A DNA stretch of 64,000 nt from Selaginella moellendorffii (Eukaryota > Plantae > Lycopodiophyta): contig NW_003314299.1 of NCBI RefSeq assembly GCF_000143415.4, forward strand, positions 1,672,166 to 1,736,165, given 5' to 3'. Within the stretch, counting starts at the first letter, position 1; every line of letters begins with the position of its first letter. The position numbers and the translations under genes were made by a program. Shown piece after piece: positions 53,630 to 64,000 of this stretch. The notes beneath the pieces are model-generated. The model had not been told where the DNA came from. It ran no database searches and was given only the letters and a program-made list of their open reading frames with translations.

Positions 53630-56600
53630 TGTAGCGCACGTGGTTTTGACCCTTTATCCTATGGTCATTTACCATAGGATAACACCACGAAGCGGAACCT
53701 AACCCTCTTTGTGCCACGTGACAGATGCCACGTGTCACATGCCACGTGTCCATGCCACGTGTCCACAGGAACCCGAGGTTCAGGGCCTTGGGCCACTGAA
53801 CGAAGGAACGGTGCCAAACTCCCAAGCATGGAGCCGAGGAGCGACGGAACCGAACCACGGAGCAACTCCCGAGCATAAAGCCCAAGGAGCGAAGGGACAG
53901 GAGCCCGGAGCGACTTGGAACAGTCCTAGAGTAACCAGCATTCCAATGCCAGGACCAGCACGCAAAACGGAGCCAAACGGAGTCTGGCGCTATTTCGGCA
54001 TACCGGTGGCCTAACATGAGGATATGGGTACTCCACCAACTAGCATGGAATGGAACTTGGGCTTAGACCCAAGCCGGACGCAGAACAAGGACAGGCACAC
54101 AAGCGGGAGCTAGACTATGCCTCAGGTTGGTCGGCCATGCCCGACCTACCCACTATCCCTACTATACATTTGGAACCCCCCATAGCCCCCCCCCCTTGAG
54201 GAACACACGCTTTGGGCTTTCACCCCAAGCCTCCCTTAGTATCAGGAGTTAGTCTCTGGGACAAGCTCGAAACTTACTAAATATGGAATGGCGCTAGAAT
54301 GCGAATTTGGACATGGGACGAACACCATTGTGTTCAAGTCGATTTCTACATTCCGTAGATATGCCAAATGAGCAGATCTGGACACTTTCCATAAATAGCA
54401 TTTGGGACCGAAATGAGACTAACACAAAGGGCATGATAGCAAGGGTGTTTGGCAGACACGGTAAGCTATCATGGAGCGATATTGAGGGACCAATCTCAAT
54501 ACGCGAGGGTTCTTGTCAAGCTAGTGCAAGACAGAGCAAAAGAGAACTAACAAGCCGGGCCAAGTATGCTCAGCTAAATAGACACTTAGAAATTCCTTCC
54601 TTATGCTCATTCGGCCAAGTACAGATGCAAAGTCCAGTTTACTAACACTTGAACAAGAGGGACTAATAAAGGGTCCAGCAATACCGACCTCCTGCCATCG
54701 TGGCAGTAAGGTAAGAGTGTCCGTAAGGACTAGTCGACAGGTAACTTTCGATACCCGAAGTCACATGTGCGACACTCTCCCCCCCTTGGGAAGATCGACG
54801 TCCTCGTCGATGCACACTCGAGTCTAGAATACTGCCAAGGAAACAACTCCAGAAAAAGTTCACGGTACTCACACTATGTGAGAAATGCACCAACTTAAAT
54901 GAGTTAGGGGTAACCTCTTTGTCTAACGCGGATGCGCTACCAGCTCAGACACCTTCCGGCCGTCGCCGACAAGGAAATGACCAATGGAGTCAGCCACCCT
55001 TGCTGCTCTGGGTGTCACCCAGCTACAAAAGTGTGATATGCCCTTGCCCGCAGAGACCTAGAGAGAGAAGCCAGAGGCCCCAACCCTCCTGAGCAAAGAA
55101 ACCAAACCCATCGGTAAGGTTTAGATAGACTACTGTAAACAGGCAGTTAGAGTTGTTTACACGGTCACGCCCTTTCAACGGAACAAGGAACATCGACAAA
55201 GAGGCGGGTTATGTGACCAGTCAACAGTATCTACCCCATGACTAGAGATTTCACCATGCACACGAAGTGCCGAAGCCAGTCTGCTCATTACTGGCCCAAA
55301 CTCAAAGATCAATAGATGGACAATATCAAAGTCAAAAACAATGATATCTTAGAGTCTTAAGTATCAGTGATTATATCTTAGATTAGAACACAAAAGTTTT
55401 CCAAGTATGTTATCATCTGATAAACTAGTAGGATAGTAGAGGAACCACCAAGATCATCATGTTTGGAAAACAAAGGATTTACCATCCAACAAAATTCAAT
55501 AGCTAGGATATCATCAAGGAAACTCAATGATGAAACTTAACTACGGAAGATAGCAGACAGTAAGCCAACAACTTACTCAAGAACACAAAATATCATTGAC
55601 TGACAAGCATAATGCTCGCGAATGTATCACCCGAAGGAAATAACATCCCAATCTATCAGAACTAACTCGAGCAACAATCAACAGAACAGAATGAATGCGG
55701 TAAGACCAACAAACCCTCAGTCATGCCAACTATCACATGAGTCAATCCGAATAGATCCCAGCCAACAACACTCAGGAACTCAATTTGCCTAAGCAAGTGT
55801 CAGCAACATCCTATCAACGTTTCAAACCCAAAAGACCAATCCAGAGCAAACCACAAGGAACATGTGGTATTGCGAAAAGCCATAAGCCATCAAAGAGAAC
55901 AACTAACCATCATGAAAGATCATGAATTATCCCATCAAAAAGATATACCAAATCATCGTCAAAGAAACAATCTACCATCCCGAAGAACGGCAAATCATTC
56001 TTCATCAACAATAATCAAGCAAAACTTTTTGACAAGGATAATTAACTATCTTAGATGATAGTCAATTAGCACCAATGATTGCCAGATGCAAAAGCCAACT
56101 TCAACATCGAAGCTAATGAGCCAAAATGCCTTCCCCAACAACTTCTAACAAATGGAACAACGAGCATAAAACTCAAAGAACCAAAAGCTCGAAGAAGTCT
56201 ATAGCCAAGTCTTGCCTAACATGATCTCAAGTTTCGCATGAACTAACTTCAATGCTAAAGAAGAAATCATGGTGTAACCCACGACATCTGCTTCAACACA
56301 TCCATAAGCTAAACTGCATAATGCCAAAGCTAATGAAGAGCATGTCTGCATCAATCCAAAAGCTAAGCATAACGAAGCTATGCTCGACAAGTGATCACCA
56401 AACGATCCTCCATGAATCCATCTATAGCAAAACGTAACTCACTTCATAACAAACACAAGAAGAATCATTAATGATCGATATATTCCAACTCAAATCCAAT
56501 AAGGATTCAAACATTCCAATATCAATCACTAACTCTCCCGCTTGTAGAGTTAGCATAGTCCATGACTAAATCACTTTTCAAGGAAAAGCCAAAGCTTAAC

Positions 56601-59600
56601 CCCTACTAAATAATCTTGTCTAGAACACAACTAACTCAAACTTGCCACTCAGTTCATTTGAACGTCAACATAGTTGCGAATAAGCAAATGTACGAATGCC
56701 AATAACACAAAGCCATAGCCAAATCATCAACACTATTTTCATCGAGACTAATGAAACGCAATATCAATCATAAGGATAGACATCTCATTTCACTTGAATC
56801 TCAACGTCAATAATATCAATGACAAGGCATCACTTCAATGCTATCAACACTAGAACAAAGCTAGAAGAAAGCATGAGTGTATCACCACTCAAAGCTCTCT
56901 AGCAACCAAGCTAACCAAGGTTGAAGATACTTTACTCAGTATTCGAGACCAATCCTTCAACATTACTCAGGTACAGATAACACTTCCTCAAGGAGTGAAT
57001 CACCACGTCCAAGACTCAATGAAATCCAACACTATGAACTAAACGCAACCAAATGATATCAACAGAGGTAGAGTCGACATGCCAACATGGAAAAGAAACC
57101 ATGTAAGTCTAACAACACGATCCTCCGCAACATCATTAGGTAAAGCAAACCCATCACTGATAAATCTTCATCAAGTGAAGCAAGTGTCAACAGTCCTTGA
57201 CAAAGTCTACAAGCAATTACTAGTTGCCAAGCAACTAACCATCACTTTTTCAACTTGCCTTCACAAGATCTAAACACTAAACTTGTGCCATTGAGTTATA
57301 TACTTGGCCAACATGAACGTAATATCCCAGGCACGAGATAAAGGTTCGTGGACAAGCACAAACTAAATGACCACTCGAATTCAACTCAACTGTAATAAGC
57401 TCACCAACATGTCTAGTCAATAGCTTTGAGTATGCCTTGAAGAGGCTAGCTATGCACGATCAACACTCAGCTGAAACTAAAGTGAAGACCATGAGATGGA
57501 TCCATATCGGTACACAACCTCCTCATAGACAAAGCTATAGTATGGGTACCAACATTTTAACCTTAAACAACTAAGTTGGACATCACCATCCTCAGCCAAG
57601 GCACAAGGCTATCAAGACTAAGTCAAGATCAGTGAGAGCTCACTACTCTCATAGAGTCTAATGAAATGCAGGGTGCAACCTGCCACCAAGCATAACGCTA
57701 CAGAAGAAAGGCACAAGGGTCACCCTTCTTAGAAAAGTGCAATAGCCACTTTTCTACACCAACTCCAGACTCTATCCAACTCAATTGCTTTAGCTTCAAA
57801 AGTCAGCATCCCTTTCGAGTCGCATCATACAACTACCTACTAAGGTTTAAGCTAACTGAAGTCAACTCCAACCCCTTCACTAGTTTGTACTGGCTTTACA
57901 AAAACGGAATGATTTTTGGACAAAGTGATCAACAAATCAGCCACTGGAAAAGTCTAAGAAAACTTGTGGAGAATTTTCCAATCCTAGAGAAAGAATGACT
58001 CTCGGTCTAGGAATACAAACTTCCAAGACTCAACCAACTTCCTCCTACTAACAACTTCACATAAGTTCACCTTAACATAAATTCTCAAGACCCATAGTAT
58101 GCTTAAGCATTGAACATCTTTTTGCCCATTCTTCCGACATCCAACTCCGATATCCGCAAAAATGCAAAATGAACATCTAAAGCTTGATCACGAAGACCAT
58201 ATCTTCGGACATCCATATTGCACTAACACTCTTCTTTAATCATTCTCAAGATTCAATATGAAGCCCAAACACTAACAAGAAAAATGACATAGAAAATCAA
58301 GCTCTAAGGAAAATTCCTCATCACTTGAAGAACAATGCCACTTCCACTAACACAAGTGCTAGCAATGTCAATGCCTCAACTACACATCGTCTCCATCCAA
58401 CAATCTACTCCAAGTATTAACGGATAAACCAACAAGCCATAGCAAATGAATGCTACAACCCTTTTCCAACACCTCAATGGGCAAACTCAAGGAACTAAGG
58501 AACCAACTTAAGCTTAGCATAATGGACCATTATCGAGAACTTAGTCAAAGCTACTACAATGCTACTTCGTATAAGTAGACTAGCTTCTCCATCAACCACT
58601 TTGGGGTTGATCATCGTTTAACCAAGCAACTTCGTAAACACATTACTCATTATCACATGGATATGATATAGAAATCACAATCATTTGATCATCAATTGAG
58701 CAACACCACGAGCAACACCCATGTCATTACTTCAAAGGTTTATGTGAGCATCAAGTGCCAACTCAATTCGACAAAATGCAACATAAATGCCACACTCCAC
58801 CAATAGAGATTTACAACACTGAACACCACCAACTTTTGTTCACAACACGGACAAGCTCATGCCACTCGCTTTTCGACCAAACTCAAAACTTAACCCAACA
58901 CCAAGTTACTCAAGGAGCAATAGCAAGGTTCCCCGGAAAAGAATTAAGCATTGTAACCCAAGTCTTCCAATAGCGAGTTTTAGACAAAATGGTTTAACGC
59001 TTCACCGCTATCCATCCCACAACTCACCATTTTTAAGACCATCATCTCCAAGATGCATCAAGGTAGGGACTCTTGATTGCACGATGTGAACACGAGCAAT
59101 GAATTAACATTTTGTTGCAAATCATCTCTCCAAGAAGAAAAAATGATTTACGTGTTTGATCCTTCGTCCCCGACGACTCTCTTTTCGGTCTTATCTTTTG
59201 ACTACACCTCAAGCTTGCTTTCGCACTGCCTTCAGTCCAATCCAAGAAAAGTTTATGAGAGAGTACGGCAATGATTACTTGAACCAATAGACTAATCCCT
59301 ACAGTCTTGACTGATCCACTTGTAACCATGCCTAGGAAGGATCCACTAGTGCCATGCTAAACAGCTACGGACCAGCCTATTTGCCACTCATAGCAAACTC
59401 AGGGAAGTTTTACTTTCACCCACGGTACATGGAACAACTTATGGAACCACCGATATGCTAACATTAATCCTGCCAACTCAAAGTGTAACCTCGAGTTGCT
59501 AATGTGCCTCACACACGAGCCCAAACGTAAACTCATGCGAACGGAACAACTCAATCCCTCTTGTGAGCCCCAAGGAACGAATGTGAACCCTTTGCACCAA

Positions 59601-60851
59601 AACGTGTACCCACTCGGATCATCGTTTTCATCTCTACGTATGCAACGAGACTAGTTGCCCAATCTCATTGAATAGTACTCGCTGAGACTCGTGCTCTGAT
59701 ACCAAATGTAGCGCACGTGGTTTTGACCCTTTATCCTATGGTCATTTACCATAGGATAACACCACAAAGCGGAACCTAACCCTCTTTGTGCCATGTGACA
59801 GATGCCACGTGTCACATGCCACGTGTCCATGCCACGTGTCCACAGGAACCCGAGGTTCAGGGCCTTGGGCCACTGAACGAAGGAACGGTGCCAAACTCCC
59901 AAGCATGGAGCTGAGGAGCGACGGAACCGAACCATGGAGCAACTCCCGAGCATAAAGCCCAAGAAGCGAAGGGACAGGAGCCCGGAGCGACTTGGAACAG
60001 TCCTAGAGTAACCAGCATTCCAATGCCAGGACCAGCACGCAAAACGGAGCCAAACGGAGTCTGGCGCTATTTCGGCATACCGGTGGCCTAACGTGAGGAT
60101 ATGGGTACTCCACCAACTAGCATGGAATGGAACTTGGGCTTAGACCCAAGCCGGACGCAGAACAAGGATAGGCACGCAAGCGGGAGCTAGACTATGCCTC
60201 AGGTTGGTCGGCCATGCCCGACCTACCCACTATCCCTACTATACATTTGGAACCCCCCATAGCCCCCCCCCCTTGAGGAACACACGCTTTGGGCTTTCAC
60301 CCCAAGCCTCCCTTAGTATCAGGAGTTAGTTTCTGGGACAAGCTCGAAACTTACTAAATATGGAATGGCGCTAGAATGCGAATTTGGACATGGGACGAAC
60401 ACCATTGTGTTCAAGTCGATTTCTACATTCCGTAGATATGCCAAATGAGCAGATCTGGACACTTTCCATAAATAGCATTTGGGACCGAAATGAGACTAAC
60501 ACAAAGGGCATGATAGCAAGGGTGTTTGGCAGACACGGTAAGCTATCATGGAGCGATATTGAGGGACCAATCTCAATACGCGAGGGTTTTTGTCAAGCCA
60601 GTGCAAGACAGAGCAAAAGAGAACTAACAAACCGGGCCAAGTATGCTCAGCTAAATAGACACTTAGGAATTCCTTCCTTATGCTCATCCGGCCAAGTACA
60701 GATGCAAAGTCCAGTTTACTAACACTTGAACAAGAGGGACTAATAAAGGGTCCAGCAATACCGACCTCCTGCCATCGTGGCAGTAAGGTAAGAGTGTCCG
60801 TAAGGACTAGTCGACAGGTAACTTTCGATACCCGAAGTCACATGCACGACA
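53630..60851 (-). mobile_element. Full-length LTR retrotransposon family B (LTRs 53630-54774 and 59707-60851), non-coding internal region, TSD ATAAC
   Basis: Near-identical 1145-bp LTRs. Reverse-complement PBS GCTCTGATACCA at ~59693. PPT CTCTCCCCCCC at 54775. ATAAC at 53625-53629 and 60852-60856. Confidence 0.95.
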
Positions 60852-62145
60852 ATAACTCTGGATTGGCTGGGAATTTGGGCATGATATTTCACAAGAGGAT
60901 AGCTGGGGGGATTTTTTACATCCCCTCAGAATCTCAAAAGTATAGTTTTATATTAAAGTAGTTACTCATCTTTGGACAAGCTAAAAACTAACCACTATTT
61001 GCAAAGAAATGTCCAAGAAGACAATGGAATAAGGAAGGATGAGGACACTGAGATTGGAAATCGGATATCACAAGCACTACTTGAGTAGAGTCTGTGAAAG
61101 CCCCTTGTGTCACCAAGTTAAGTTCTGGCATTCTAGTTGTAAAGAGGTCCTACAAGCCGGGGGTGAGGAGAAACGCAGAAACCAAATCATTTATACCCAT
61201 TTTTATATGGTCAGGAAAGTGGTAGTGAGATTCCTCATGACCTTAGTAGTGGGTGTGTGCTCGTTTTGAGCTATACCCAAGCAAACACTTTGTTGGCACT
61301 ACTCATTCTTGTGATGTGCAACGAAACAGCTATTGATCTTGGTGTGGGTGAAGAATGTGTGTGGTTGTGCTAGCACACAGCCCTACAGCTGCCCAACCTT
61401 GCTCTACTTGTGGATGCGCTCCTAGAGAATGCAGCTACAAGCTAATGTTAGAATTTTTTCTGTCACTTCATACCTTTCGATGTGAGAAAATCTAGCACCT
61501 GTGGCTATGAAGTTGAATAGCTATGCTTGTAATTAGGTTTGTCTAGCTGTATAGCATGTCTTTTAGCGCAAGATTTTGTGAGGAATCCAAAGTTTTATTT
61601 TTACCATACCATGTCTACTTATATGTCCTGTTATCTTGTTGACGGGATAACAAAGTTTTCTATAAACAAGACTTTTTAAAAAAAAAACCTTTCTTATCAA
61701 ACCATAGGGTCTGTCCCATTATGGGAAAACAGAGTTTGTGTATTTTCAAATTATCAAACAAAACACAAATCTAATTGATGGTTCATTTGTGCTTTTTGTA
61801 CTAAGTGCAACAAAGGAATTCATAGTAGGTTTAAGGAACTTGTTCTTTTATTGTTCTCTATCCAAAACGCATAGAAATTGAATCCATTATATTTCAATAC
61901 AATGCCCAAGGAGTGGATTGTGTTAAGTAGAGGAAAGAATCTCTTGCTCTCAACTTGAGTTTGTTGAGTTATCAAGCTGTGGTGGGCAGTTGGCTGGCAC
62001 TTTCCAAATGTCAAAGAGAATGTCGAGCGCTGCTTGTACTAGTGTCAATGGGCCAGTTAAAATAATCTAGTCTAGACCACAAAGGATAAGCCATCTTAGT
62101 GCAAAACGATGGAATCCATTTGCTACGAAGCACTCAACAAGATTA

Positions 62146-64000
62146 TGTGAAACACAAAATCCCTAAGTCCCAAAGTGGAGTCAAAAAGGTGTTATGTGGC
62201 AGAAGCTAAATAAGTGTAACACATTTGGACTAAAACCTCCAACTTGAAAAGTCGAAAGTGGGAGTGGAACTCCTAACGAAAGGCTTGAGGAACAAGCATG
62301 AAGTGGGCAATGAGTGAGTCTCTAGAAAAGGGAGTCTAAGATGGACCCAAGATGGACCCGAGATGGAGTTCGAGATAGAGTCGAGATGGAGTCCAAGATG
62401 GACCTGAGATGGAGTCCGAGATGGACCTGAGATGGAGTCCAAGATGGACCTGAGATGGAGTTTGAGATGGACTTGAGATGGAATTGAGATGGAGTCTGAG
62501 ACTAAGACTGTGACCAAGTCCAAGTCTAAGTCTAAGTCCGAGTTTGAGACCAAGTCCTAGTCTGAGTTCGAGCCCAAGTCCAACTAATATAGGCTATTAG
62601 GTGAAAGCCCAAAGCCATCGTCCCCTAAGGGGGGCTGCAGGGGGTTCCAAAAGTACAGTAGGGAGAGTGTGAGGGTTGGACCCCAATGGAGCAAGTTTGG
62701 CTAGGAAAGGCCAGTGTGACTCAGGAAGGTTATGCCTACGTGTTAGGTAATGATATATCCATTAAGGAGTCCAAAGCTAGAGTGAATACGGATTGACAAA
62801 CAAGGTAGTTTGGTGAAATGTTCAAGAGCCAAATCTAACTCCTCCGGAAGATCGAATAGTCGATGCTCCCAGTCCAAGTATGGGTGGGACTACCTACTTG
62901 GATACCTGGCGTAGCTCAATGGAACTTCACTCTAGCCCCATGGCTAGAGCACCCAAAGGCAAAAGGTGGGGAGAGTACCTATGATGCTCGCGTAGGGCCA
63001 TGGTGTTCCAAAATGTTGTCCCAAAGTCTCAGATTGTGGAAAAGAAGAGGAGTAGTCCTCCAGTGTAGTGACCAAAGATACGATCACATGGTGAGGAAGT
63101 CCTAGAGAAACATGTGACTTAGTGGGTGGGCCCATGGGCCTTGATCTAGTAGTAATGTCGGCAAATACGGCCATGGACAAAAAGGGATTTAATGGGGACT
63201 GAAAAAGAGATATTAAAGAATGTTGTTCCCATGTCTGTAGGCATTCTAAGATGCTAAGGAGTGGATCTAGGATGATCACTCATGCATGGATGGCCCAGTC
63301 TTTGAGAGACGGGACTGTGATGTAAGTGGTGTTGGATCACCGTATGACAAAGGTGAATGGGCATGGCCTTAGCGTAACGGGTTGTTATGTTGGTGGTACC
63401 TTTAGTTGTCAATCATAGGATTGGACATATAAAACACTTGGACCAAATGCAAAGGTTAAGTGGTATAGATGCCATTTTTATGGCTAGCAAGTGAAAGGGC
63501 ATGACTCTCCACCTTAGTTTATAAATGAACATATTCGTAATACAATGGATAGAAAGGGGTCAATTTAGGAATGACTTTGGGATCTTGAGAATAGTATAAG
63601 GTTTTCCTCAGAGAGTCAAGAATATGATCTAGATGAGTATTTGACTTAGCAAACTAGCTAATGTAGTTGTGGTAAACAACTATAATTGGGATCATGGGAA
63701 AGATAAAGACTCTAAAATAATAAAGAAGTCACAAAATTATCCTTATACAGTTGAGGATGGTGCTCATGAATTTGAGACCATAATTAATGACTGGGGGAGG
63801 TCAAATATAGATGAGGATATGAGTCCTTGAAATGGTAGTCAGAGCTACTTTTTATAAATGCTGGAATAAACCTAAGGAGTTGGGGGTGTACTTAAAGGAG
63901 TGAATCGGATATTCTCATTATATGGATGGATAGTCTTAAAGGGCAAAGGTAGCCCATAGGGAGCAAAGCGTCTGTACAGGTGAATGGGAAACGCAGGCGT
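62146..64000 (+). mobile_element. LTR retrotransposon family A, copy 4 (5' LTR to ~63490 with deleted 3' end, then internal region)
   Basis: Starts TGTGAAACACAAAATCCC and contains the minisatellite. From ~63580 it matches internal sequence at ~21250. Confidence 0.85.

Overview
A TE-dense window from a land-plant genome (TTTAGGG repeats, tRNA-iMet PBS, Cassandra elements, very short 45-60 nt GT-AG introns). I see no intact ordinary host gene. Contents: (i) several copies of a non-coding Gypsy-like LTR family A, nested in other elements; (ii) a full-length LTR element of family B (53630-60851, TSD ATAAC); (iii) TRIMs and Cassandra (5S-bearing) elements; (iv) a hAT transposon (48823-52060, TSD GTTGGAAG); (v) a Ulp1 protease remnant. 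The most notable feature is a 12.6-kb TIR DNA transposon (29039-41630, 8-bp TSD AGAATTTA). It carries a MULE-type GCM/SWIM transposase and, divergently, a spliced cargo gene combining a ParB/Srx-like domain with a beta-class N6-adenine/N4-cytosine DNA methyltransferase domain, an architecture known from phages and bacteria. A second, highly diverged ParB-like + degenerate MTase-fold gene (7891-~13270, with an FCP1/NIF HAD phosphatase domain) lies in another segment containing about 18 copies of a palindrome, ATGGCRTG-N6-CAYGCCAT, several of them inside its introns. Both cargo genes have premature stops in this copy. All domain calls come from motif recognition by eye and need profile searches.
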